NCBI GenBank assembly: GCA_943704425.1
Contig: CALSCP010001679.1
Span: forward strand, 35,813-99,812
Direction: 5' to 3'
From: Ministeria vibrans ATCC 50519
Lineage: Eukaryota > Protista > Filasterea
Length of the DNA: 64,000 bases
Shown here: piece by piece, positions 1 to 13,377 of the stretch
How positions within the stretch are numbered: the stretch's first letter is position 1
Layout of the letters: the number at the start of each line of letters is the position of its first letter
The notes under the pieces: model-generated
What the model was told of the DNA's origin: nothing
Databases searched by the model: none
What the model saw: the letters and a program-made list of their open reading frames with translations, nothing else
Translations under genes and position numbers: made by a program

Positions 1-82
1 AAAAAAAAAACGAAAAACGCAGAAGACAAGAGAAAAGAGCAATGAAGAGGGCGCGACGGGGCGTGAGGATGGAAGGGAGTAC

Positions 83-271
83 CTTGGGGAGGGTGTTGAC
101 AAGCATGACCTGGTCGGCGGGGACGGTGACGGTCGGCGGTGCCTTCTTCTCGTCCGTCTTTCCGACACGCCTGATCACGACCTCCGTGTCGCTAATGCGC
201 TCAATCGAGCCCTCATGGAAGCAGTCCGCGCCCCCTTCCAGCCAAACCTTGTCACCCTCTGCTAGTACCAT
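83..271 (-). CDS. First exon of a probable myosin heavy chain (N-terminal SH3-like domain); the gene continues off the left edge
   Basis: ATG at 271 reads MVLAEGDKVWLEGGADCFHEGSIERISDTEVVIRRVGKTDEKKAPPTVTVPADQVMLVNTLPK, then a GTAC donor at 82. The GDxVW...F..G.I...V.V...V..N pattern resembles the myosin N-terminal SH3-like domain. Not in the ORF track. Confidence 0.55.
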
Positions 272-405
272 GCAAGAAGGGAGTAGGGGGCAAAATTGTA
301 ATTGGGTTGTTTTCACTTTTCAGTGACAGCGAGAAAATGATAAAACTACCAGAAGACGTGTCGTATTGGTTCAGGCTTTGAGAAATATTATTACTTTATG
401 TTTTG

Positions 406-2362
406 TTATTGAGGAAAGAGTAACTGTGCAGCAAGGTTGGGATCGCCATTGGAGGCTTGAAGTGCCTGGAGGACAACATCGCGAGTCATGCCGGTCGTCT
501 GCATGAGCTCCGTCACAACTGACTCATTGATGGTGGCACTTTCAGCTGCTGCTGTTGTCGACACTGTTGTCGTTGTAGTAGCAGAAGTGGAAGTGGGAGT
601 TTCTGGGGGAATCTCTTGGTGTCGCTCGGAAAGGGGAATTTCGTTCTCGGAAAGAAAGGGAGTCTCCGCGCTCGTTGTGCCAATGCGCAAAACACCCTTT
701 GCCAAATCAATGCAGCACTAACCAATCCCTCAAGTTACAAACAATACTACTGATAAAATTTAGTGGTACCTGATGTCGCTTGAGCATATCGAGCCCCAAG
801 AGCATCTCAATGGACTGGTTTTCCATGACAGAAAAGGCCGTGGTGAGAAACGAGTCGCCAACCTTCAACTAAGAGCAAAAAGAGAAGAGATAGACAAAGA
901 GATAGACAAAGAGATGAGAAGGGATTCAGTATATCAGGAATAGATAGATATCAATCAGAGTGAGTAATCTGTCTCAACCTGTGCGCGATGAACTCGCCCC
1001 ATAATCTTGGCCGAGCCCACTCCCAGTGCAGTGCCGGCAAACGCCCGGTCCACCAGATGCAACAGATTGCACCGTCGCGCACATTGATCGTTCATAATGG
1101 TCATTTGCGCCCCGCTGTCTACAAAGGCCTAAAAGAAAATAAATGACACACCCTGAAGAAAAGAATATTAACAAGATATTTACTTTGACTGGGACTCCGT
1201 TGACTTCGCAGTTTATGTACAGCATATGAACTTGTCCAAATACCTAACAAACGAGAGAAGATATCTGAGTCGACACACACGCACTATCACTTTGGTTCTC
1301 TCTCTCACACACGTTGTTTCTCACTCACAACTTGTCAATCTCTGTCACTCTGTCTCTCTCTCTCGCTCTCACTGATTGTGCTCGTACTTCTGGATTATGT
1401 TCAACTGCCTCATTGCGATTGGCAATGACATTCTCCATCTGAATCTTCTCTTCAAGGTAGCGCTGTGCTTCGACATCAAACGGATTCTGTTCGGCCCGTC
1501 GCATCATTTCCATCTCTTTTGCCTTTGCCTCCTGTTTCATGCGCTGCTGTTCCTTCATAATCGCCTTAAACTTCTCAAGGTCATCCCCTAGAACCGCCTC
1601 GGCCATTGCTGGATTGTTCTACATAGCGGCACAGTATCTGAGAAGAACGCTCTGACACACAAAAGTTTCTCACCGTTTTCAGAACACTCAAGGTGTACGG
1701 ATCGCTGCGAAAATGATCACGCAGCTTTATAAACTCGGCATCTTCTCGAGACTGCTGCGCCGCAACCGCATTTGCTCCAGCATTGCCTGGCACGCGTATT
1801 CTAATTTGGACGACGACAACGCCAAGTTCAGCCGGGTTTTTGACTCTGTTGCTCCTCACATCCCGGTTTTGACTTACCCTCGGGCAAGAGAGCCCAGCAT
1901 GGACGAGAGGGCATCGGGTTGGATGGCAGGGGCAGGCGCAACAGGCGTCTTTTGGCTAGAACGCAATTTGATGTTTCAGGATTGTTCTCAACAATTTCGA
2001 CCAACCTCACTAGCACCATAGAGTTCTCGCTAACGCCCGCGTCGGACAGGGTGAGGTTTCCGTTGGTGATTTCAGAACCCCCAAACAGCGAGAGGTGCTG
2101 AGACGCAGCCGGAATGCCAGTCTGGAGCGACTTTGTCAAAAACACATCTTTTCCTTTTCTTCAACTCACCACATTAGCAAGCATTGCTTTCAGTTCGTCG
2201 ACCTGAACAGAGAAGGGGGGAGAGAAGAAGGCGTGGGATTAGGGGGGGAGGATGTCGGGGCGAGGGTGAGCGTGTGAGGGAAGAGAGAGGACGAACTTTG
2301 GCGGTCGGTGCAATGTCGACCGGAAAGACATTTTGAGTGCGATCGAGGACGGTGATTCGCAT
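406..2362 (-). CDS. DDI1: DNA damage-inducible protein 1 (UBL, retroviral-type aspartyl protease, UBA), multi-exon
   Basis: UBL start [22 protein letters not shown]; [20 protein letters not shown]; [26 protein letters not shown] protease motif; C-terminal UBA ([19 protein letters not shown]). Confidence 0.93.
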
Positions 2363-2573
2363 TGGAGAGCAGCAAAGAAAGCACTGTGTATCAGTATGGA
2401 GGACGTATATTTGAGAAAAGAAAATAGTATGATTAAAATTTTTATCACAAAACAAAAAGCGCTCAGAACCACTTTCTAAATAAGAGAAATGCAATGCTTC
2501 CGCCATCGGTTAACCGGTAACCCCAAGAAGATTAGAAGATGGAGACCCACAAATAGAACTATGAGCTACTGCA

Positions 2574-5500
2574 TCATTTGTCAAAACCGTGTTTCACACA
2601 AAAGAGCCACTCAAAAGCCCGCTTCTTTCCACCAGCATTCTTCTCTGCCTTCTCTTGCTCTTCCTTCAAAGCCAAGACAGCGTACTTGCCATCCTTTCGC
2701 TTACGCACCCGACCGTGCGCCTGGATACACTTGCGTACAGTCTGGCTCGGCTCGGTGCGCACCACCAACTGACAGCTGCTCACATCCATACCCTCCTCCA
2801 CCACGTCTGTGGCAACAAGAATGTTCGTCTGGCCGTCTTCCGTGAAATCTTTCAGTTTCTCTTGCTGAATTGCACGCGACATACCCCTCATGTGAGGCGT
2901 ATCAGACTGACCCGTAATAAAGTCGGTGTAGAGCCCATGCTGTTGGTGGCGCAGGACCCACTCGAGGAGACATGTCGCGAGTTTCTCCTGTGTGAGCACA
3001 AGGATACGCTTCGCACTCGACTCGTCGGCTTTGAGGTTCTCCAGCAGCTGGTCCACAAGTGAACTGGTCCCCTTGCCTTCACTGCGCGCCGCTTTCACAT
3101 AGTTCACTTGGCCCAGCGTGAGCGGTGTCTTCGCATTGCCCACTCGCTGAAGACAGTCAGACAGGTAGACAGCGGCGGCACGGGCACCAAGGTTCTTAAG
3201 AACACAGAGCGCCAGGCGCCCAACACAACCTAGCGGTGTCTTCGTGGCGCCAGACTTGGCTGTTGGGCCTTTGGTGAGCATCTCGTACAGATGGAGCTCA
3301 TGATGGTCAGGTTTCCACTGCCATACCGCCGACGGCACATCAGTTGCATAAGCTTGCAAGACATCGCGATACTTGCTTGGCGGGCACAAAAAAACGGCAG
3401 GCACTGTCGGTATCACCGCTAGATTTCTCATAAGCGTCTGACGACCAGCTTCAAACGTATCCCTCTGAGCCCACTTCTCATCGGCAGTCGGAGTGGCAGA
3501 CAAGGCGAGCACACGCAGTGAAGGCGCACATTTTGCATTTGAAGTGCGGTAATTTTCTCGGATAAGACTCATAATCGCTGAGTACTCCGACTTCTACACA
3601 AGTAAATGCATGGATACTGGAATGAGAAAATCGGAAGAGAAATTATTCAAATGTACCTTTCGCGTGTGGTGAGCTTCATCAAAAATGATTAGCGAGACAT
3701 CGTCAAGGGAAAGAGCGGGCTTCTGCAAATCGACAGAAGGACCAGCTGAACCAGACAACAAAGAAGAATGTGGTTCTGTAGCTGAAGACGCAGGTACTGT
3801 GGAAGACGTAGTGGTTGTTGTTGAGGTTGTTGTTGTGGTTGTTGCTGAGCTGCTGGTGATGGTGGTGGTGGTGGTGGTGGTGGTGGAGGTGGCGTTGACT
3901 AATAGTGTGGGTGCAATGGTCTCACGGAAGCAGGCGGGTGTTGCAAAGAAGACGTCGTACGAGTCCGTCGAGAGCCGTTCGAGCATGTTCCGGTCAGTGA
4001 TAGTGGTCGAGCGTGCCTCCCAATGAGCATCAAAGAAGCGCTTCTGCTGGAACACTGGAAGAAAAAATTTAATAATAAAATATTATTAATATAATTTTAT
4101 TATTATTATAATATTAATAAAGTAATATGTAACGATGTCAGTCACACTTTCTTTTTGGTTTGGTTTGGTTTGGTTTGGTTTGGTTTGGTTTGGTTTGGTT
4201 TTTTTGTTTTTTTTTTTTANNNNNNNNNNTGGTTTTTTTTTTTTTAGTTTTTCTTGTTTTTGTTTTCTTGCTTTTTCGCATACCAAGTTGGTTGGTCGGG
4301 GCCAAAAAGACAATTTTCTTCGTAGAGTCGAAGTGAAAGACCTTGTGGGCCCAGTGAAGAGCCACAAATGTCTTACCTGCGCCGGTGGGCAGGTAGAGCA
4401 GAACGGATTTAACGGAAGGGTCGTCGCTCTTCAGTAGTTTTTTAAAGCAGTCGTTCTGGAAATCATAAAGAACAGGCAGTTTCTTCTTCTGCTCATTCGT
4501 TCCATTGCATTTTTCTGAGTCGCTTCTGATCTCTTTGTCTCGCTCGTATTCTGCATCTGCTCTGAGTATCCGATCGACTCTCTGCATCTCGTTCTTCGAT
4601 CGCTTTCGTTCTGCTTCCTCCTCCGTGCCTTTGACGTTCTCGGAAATGGGCTCGGGTGGCTCCCACGACATGGCGGGCACAAGGTTGGGAGCGGTGACAC
4701 GAAGGATGATTTCGTCGCGATCGGAGCGGCCGACAATGTGCCAGGCGTAGGCGCGACCGGAGTTGGAACCTGAGCTGGAGGCAGCATTGATAACAGAAGT
4801 AGAGTTGCTGCCATCGACCTTAAGCTTGGAGTTGTCTTGCTTGACAGGCTGTCCTATCGAAAGCACAGTAGCATCTGAGAACCGCTTTGCAGGAAGGTGG
4901 ATGTATCCGAAGACGAGGCAGGTGCAGAGGGTGCACTTGTTGCCGAGTGGATCGGCACCGCTTGTGACGCCTGTCACAAAGTACACTGACTGAGTGGCTT
5001 CGTCGTCGTCAATCTTGTGCGAGCAGCAAGTGAACTTGAGATTTGGATGACGTGTTTCACCGACAATGTCGCCGACTTCGGGCTCGTGTTGCTGGTCGCT
5101 GTACCACGGCAGAGTGATGGTGAACTGGCCCTCAAAATCGGGGTCGAGGTCACTGGCGTCACATGTAAGTCTGCGGACGACTCTGGCTTCGCTGAATGAA
5201 ATGTGCGTGCGTTGTGATAGGGCTTTGAGGTCCTCTAAATAGCGTTGACCGTCGGGCAAGGGCAAGGACTCAACAACCTCCCGCATGAGCTCAAACAGGC
5301 TGCGGTGCTCGCTTTTCCCAATCGGCGTGGCGCAGGTGAGATGACACACATTGTCATTGCGAAACTTGAGCAACTTTCTCAATCCAGAACGAGGAAAGGC
5401 ATCGCCTCCAATGCGCGTGTAGACAAAGAGTGCGCCGAGCTTTGAAAAATCGTGCTCTGACAGCTTTTCGCCCAACTCGGGACTGATGGTACAATCTTGC

Positions 5501-5901
5501 ACGAGCATGAGGAGGCGCGCGGGGGTGCTCGCAAGGTGGACAATGTGCTGGGCCAAGTCCTTGAATGTGATTGGGACGCGAGTTTCTTTCTTCTTATTCT
5601 TTTTCTTTTTGCGTTTCTCCTCACTTTCAGTTTCCGTTTTAGTTTCTACAATGAGCGGCGGGAGAGCAACATCAAGCGACAGTTTCGACATAAAGGCGGC
5701 GCACCCATTATCTTGAGTATGCTTTGTAGGAAATGCCGTGTGGAGTGCAGCAACGTCGAGGGCGGTGGGCGTTGGCCCAATTCCAGATATCACCGCCTCA
5801 AACGCAGTATCGGCTGCTTTTTGCAGGGCCGGCAGCACATGAAAGAAAATGCCATGGTACGCCAACAAGGCGTATGACTTAGGGGGGGAGATGTCGGACA
5901 T
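2574..5901 (-). CDS. RIG-I/Dicer-family SF2 helicase with N-terminal putative HEPN domain, paralog A (~1011 aa; exons 5901-4284, 4054-3657, 3593-2574)
   Basis: Spliced frame is continuous through all helicase motifs: LPTGAGKT (I), LAPTNQLVFQQ (Ia), IIFDEAHH (II), LALSATP (III), ILVLTQ (IV), ILVATDVVEEGMDVSSCQLVVR (V), CIQAHGRVR (VI). N-terminal helical region contains KFRNDNVCHL. Confidence 0.88.
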
Positions 5902-5940
5902 GGAAATGAAAAATAATTATGATTAATTTTTACTTGGAGT

Positions 5941-8839
5941 TTAGTGCGTCTCTTTCCGTATACTCGAATAGATTCGTTGAAAGACAAGAAGATTGCCAAG
6001 GGCATTCTTCTCCGCTTTCTTTTGCTCGTCGGGATTCTCTGTCAAGACAGCATACTTCGCTTCGTGGTAGTTCACCTCGCGAATTCGACCGCGCGCCTGC
6101 ACACACTTGCGCACCGTCTGGCTCGGTTCGGTACGCACGACCATCCGACAGCGACTCACGTCGAGGCCCTCCTCCACTACGTCTGTCGCTACGAGAATGT
6201 TGGTATTACCCTCTTTGCGACTGAAAGCAGACCGCTTCTGCCCCAGCATACTCTGCGACATTCCCTTCATGTACAGCGAATCCGATTGACCTGTGATAAA
6301 GTCAGAGGAAAGTTTGTGCTGTCGATGGCGCAGAGCCCAATCAAAAAGACGCGCTGAGAGCTTCTCCTGTGTCAACACAAGAATACTGTCCGCGGCAGAG
6401 TCATCCAGTTTTGACAACAAAGTCTCTGTCAGCGAACTCAAGTAAGGGGACGTCCGGTTCCGTTCACGCGCCATTTTCACTTGATTCATTTGGCCAACCG
6501 ACAGCGGCATTGGGTGCTCAACAAACTGAAAACAGTCTGTAAGGTAGACGGCGGCAGCTGGAGCTCCAAGAACTTTGAGCACGCACAGTGCAATGCGCGC
6601 AATATGGTTCAGCTGGGAAGCAGCAAAGGTGAGCAGCTCAAACATGTCACGTTCGTGTTCGTCGCGAGTCCAATCCCACACGTCCGACTCTACTTTGCTC
6701 ACATAATCTTGCAGTTCCTCCATGTACTCGTGCGCGGGGCACACAAAGGTCGCAGAGCACATTGGATCGGCCGCAATGTTCTCCAAGAGAGCGCGGTACC
6801 CATTCATAAAGTCAACTTCTGTAGCGTACTTGTCATGAGCACACGGTGTCGCTGTGAGACCCAGCACTCGCAGCGCAGAGGTGCCATTAGATGCAGCGAC
6901 GCTTGCGCGAATCATTTTGGCAATGTCGTGGTAAGGCGCGCTCTGGGAAACGTCATTAGCAAAAAAGAAAACATGGGGACGAAAGTATCAGTTCAAAAGC
7001 TCGATTGTTTCATCACACCTTGCGAGTGGCATGCGCCTCATCAAAGATCACCAGAGAGACGTCGTCAAGATTGATGGCGGGCTCAACCAGAGAGAGGTTG
7101 TCGTTGTTCTCAAGGGCATTCTTGAAGCAGCCGGGAGTGCAGAAGAGCAAGCGGGAACCAGAGGGAATGGGCGTCTCGTTCAGCTCCTCTTCCATTGTCA
7201 GCGTCGAATGAGGCTGGTTGAGGTGCGATGTAAAGTAATACTCCTGCTGTAGCACTGAATCATATCAAACAAACACGCATTTTTAAAAAGTATGTAAGTA
7301 GGGACTTAGTGAGAGGGAGAGGTGAATACCAAGTAAGTTGGTCGGCGCAAGAAAGACCACTTTCTTATTGGGGCAATCGTGAAGGGCTCTGCGAGCCCAG
7401 TGGAGAGCCACGACTGTCTTTCCGGCGCCAGTGGGCAGGTAGAGAACGTGAGCACGCACGGAGAGGTTGCTCTCCAGCTGGTCGTAGCAGTTTTGTTGGT
7501 AGGAGCGTAGCTTTGGAAATGAAATGTTGCCACTGGGTGTCTTGTTGTTGTTGTTGTACCGGAAGTCAGCTTCCTTGCGGTCCTCCCGAGCCTTGACGGC
7601 CAATTTGAGTTTCCACTGTTGCACATTGGAGTTGCCGACGGTAGAGGAGGCGGGGGCGGACCATAGCAAGGGCGGAACAAGATTCGGGGCTGTCACACGA
7701 ACGATGATCTTTCCACTGTCGTCGTTGGATAAGCCGGCAATGAACCACGCATAGGCGCGACTGTGCGCAGCGTCAGATGTGGCGTAGCCTACACGACTGC
7801 CCTTGTCGTCACCATAGTCTACAGCTCGGAGAGCTTGGCCGACTGGTAGAATGTCGGCGTCCGAGTGGAACCGGTCGGTGTTGAGATGGATGTAGCCAAA
7901 GACGAGGCAGGTGCAGCGGATACAAGGGCGCCCGCTTGGATCTTCGCTGTCTGCAATGGCCGTCACAAAGTACGTGGGACCGTCGGGCACAAGCTTGTAC
8001 GAGCAGCAAGGGAAGTTGAGTTGCGGATGAAGCATTTCACCGACAATGCCGCCGACTTTGGGCCTGTGTTGCTGGTCGTTGTACCACGGTAGGGTGATGG
8101 TGTATTGACTCTCAAAGGTAGGATCAAGATCGCAGGCGTTGCGTGTCAATGTGCCGACCAATTGAGTTCGGGCACTGAGAGGAAGAGAGCGGGTGCGTGA
8201 CAAGTCGTCCAATTTGGCGACGAGCTCTTCCTCGCCGGGATGCAGCGCCTTGACAACCGTTTTCATAACGGAAAACAATTCCACGAGCTTCTCCTCATCA
8301 ATTTTTTTCGGGTTCGTCAGGTGGCACACGTACTCTGCACGAAATTTGAGCAGTTGGCTCAACTCGTCGCGGGGAAATCCGTCGCCGCCGATGCGGGTGA
8401 AGCTGAACAGGGCGGCAAGTACAGAAAAATCGTAGCATGAGAGCTTGTCGCCCTTCGCTGGACAAAAACTTAAGCCCTTAACGAGCATGAGAAGGCGCGC
8501 TGGCGTGTCCTCAAGATGAACGTAGAAGAATTGTAATTCCTCAAATTTGATTTCGGGAGACAAGGAGGCAACGCAAAGCGACAGCCTCGACATGAACTGA
8601 TTGAACTCGCGCTGGGAGTCTTTGAGTTCTTTCTTGTTAGGGTTAGAGTTAGGGTTAGGGATCTTGGGAAACGCCGTGTGGAGTTCGGCGAGGGTGCGGG
8701 CTTTCAGCGATGGCCCAAGTTCGAGGATGAGCTGCTGCGCTTTGGTGTCTGCCGCCCGTTGCAACGCCGGCATCACATTAAAGAAAATACCCATGTAAGC
8801 CAACACGGCGTACAACTCGGGAGGAAGAATGTCCGGCAT
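5941..8839 (-). CDS. RIG-I/Dicer-family SF2 helicase with N-terminal putative HEPN domain, paralog B (~915 aa; exons 8839-7330, 7254-7019, 6942-5941)
   Basis: LPTGAGKT, LAPTNLLVLQQ, VIFDEAHA, LGLTATP, ILVATDVVEEGLDVSRCRMVVR, CVQARGRIR. Same two intron positions as paralog A. N-terminal KFRAEYVCHL. Confidence 0.88.
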
Positions 8840-8947
8840 GGGAGAAATATGACTGTTAAAGTAAAATAATTTAATTATGAATGATCCAATAATTACTTGA
8901 TTCAATAAAATCAACTCCACTTCTTTCGATTGCCACGTAAGCCGAAA

Positions 8948-9547
8948 ATGTCATCAGGCACTGATAAGGAGCCCAAGTCGGATTCTCCACGGATGTATCC
9001 TGCTGTTCCTGCGGTGAGGAAGCGGGGCGGCAACGCTACAGATCTGGCGATACGTTTTTGCTCATTGTTGACATGATTGTGTTGTAGTTCTCTCCATCGT
9101 CGATAAGTGGACTTTCCGTAGGCCAAGTGAAACTATGGTGCACCTGTGGACTGAGCAAGAGTCAGCCTTGGTGTGACGGTAAGAGAAAGTGACCGTGAGG
9201 CCTCAAACGGGCGTAACGTGAACGCACGCAGGTTCGCATCGCGGGACGTCGTTCCAGCCACTGGTGTGGAAAGTCCCAGGCACCCTCAAGGTTATACAGA
9301 TCGCGCTCTTCGTTGTAATCTCTGACCAACTTAACAAGGCCATTGTCGTGTGTAGGACGGCAAGACGCAGTCGCGGTATTCGATATGCTCGTGCAAGTAC
9401 ACACAATCACCGCCTTACTGCGACGCCACACACACTTCATTACCCCTCGAGATTCTCGAACGGCAGAAACAGTGCACTCAATCACCGCACGCGGCAGTCG
9501 AGAAGCTTTGTACCGGCTGTGGCTATTCGCCCGCCTACGATTGGTAG
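8948..9547 (+). CDS. CISD3: CDGSH iron-sulfur protein with two CDGSH domains (CISD3/MiNT-like); exons 8948-9013, 9088-9178, 9232-9290, 9356-9547
   Basis: Spliced translation contains WCTCGLSKSQPWCDGSH and ICSCKYTQSPPYCDATH. All introns are GT-AG and keep the frame. Missed by the ORF track. Confidence 0.87.
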
Positions 9548-9659
9548 GGAAAAGCAGTGCTCGAAACCTTCATAATGTAACAATGTAACAGTAACCATAT
9601 AAAAAAGGAGGGGGGTGAGAAAGAAGTAAAAGAGGTGGATTGCATTGTACAGGGGTTCT

Positions 9660-11929
<2,270 letters not shown>

Positions 11930-12082
11930 GATTGTTTTTTTGACATTTTGACTACGATCTGATTGCTATTTAATTGAGAATCAAATAATCATAAAATTCA
12001 CTGCTACTCGAGGAATACACACGCTTACGAACGTATTGTTTGATCAGGCTTTGTGCGAGCACCTCCTCTCTCCCTTAAAAAC

Positions 12083-13314
12083 ATGGCGCGTTTTCCGTGG
12101 CAGACGACCGAGTTCGTCCAAGCAACCGCATCGAATGCACCTCCAAAACTCGGGCCCTCCGTCGCACCCGAGCCCATCGAGGCTTCCATTCGATGTGTCC
12201 AGGATCCTTCGGTGTCTTACTCGCGCGTCTACGCTCGACGCGACCCCAGAGCCCGTCCACACCGTCCTGCAGCTCAGGGCGATTCGCGCCTGCCAAACTT
12301 GAATCCTGACTCACTCTCACCCACTCCAACACCCTTTTGCGCACCCGCTCCTCTTCCCCTACCACGTGAAGTGGGACACTCTGCCGATTTCCGTGCCGTC
12401 GTGCCTGCCAAACCGTCAGTGGCGACCACACCAGCTGCCAAAGCAACTTCCGCCATGCCAACTGTCAAAGATTCATCAAGTCGACCGCTCTTCTCTGCCT
12501 GGGCAGACACCGGAATGCGCAACGCCGTTCCCGATCCCTTGCCTTTCACTGGTAGCAGGAGTCACCACAGCCACGACAGCGCTGCACGCCCAAGAGAGCC
12601 ACAACCACCAACTGCGAAGTCCCTGTCAAAACATGCAACACTCGTCTCCTCTCCCGCCGCCGCCTCTGCCACCGCCTCCACCACCACCACCACGACTACT
12701 GTACACTCGCCGCCTCGTCGCACTGCACCACCCGCACCTACAAAGAAGTCACAGCCACAGTCCTCGCGCAGTCGCGACGATCCACTCTTCACCAACACCA
12801 ACATGAGCTATAGCGAGCCACCACCAACCAAACTTCATCGCGACGGCATGAACCCAAATGCTCACTACGACGAGACGGTGCCCCGCTTCACTGTTGACGC
12901 CTGTGGTGTACCCACCTTCTATCCCACGCACGAAGAGTTCCTCGACTTTTCGGGTGTCGTCAGTGCCATGGAGCGCGCGGGTGCTCTCAACGTTGGCATG
13001 GCCAAGGTCGTCCCGCCCGCAGGCTGGGTCGCTCGCGCCGACGGCTACAACAATCTTGGTCAGATGGAAATCCCCGTGCCCATCTCTCAACATATCTCAG
13101 CCGCTGGCGACACCTTCACCTGCGTCAACTACGAACAGCGCGCCACCCGAGTCGCTGCCTTTGTTGACGCAAACAATCGCAGCGAGAAACGCCCCCCTCC
13201 CAACTTGTCCGCTGAACAGCTTGAACTGCGCTACTGGCGATGCATTCGTGCACTTCCCTACCCCGTCTACGGCGCAGATGTCCTTGGCTCACTCTTTGAT
13301 CCAAGTCAAGTACG

Positions 13315-13377
<63 letters not shown>

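Noticed and set aside
5902-5943. Stop-codon readthrough fusing helicases B and A (the spacer is a multiple of 3)
   Set aside because: The 39-nt spacer contains two further in-frame TAA codons, and I found no frame-preserving intron that bypasses them.
2574-8839. Calling the helicases Dicer or true RIG-I/MDA5 orthologues
   Set aside because: Both ORFs stop ~40 aa after motif VI. No PAZ, RNase III, CARD or C-terminal regulatory domain is visible, so only the helicase family assignment is supported.
8911-9485. Minus-strand ORFs as an accessory gene of the helicase pair
   Set aside because: They are antisense shadows of the spliced plus-strand CISD3-like gene.
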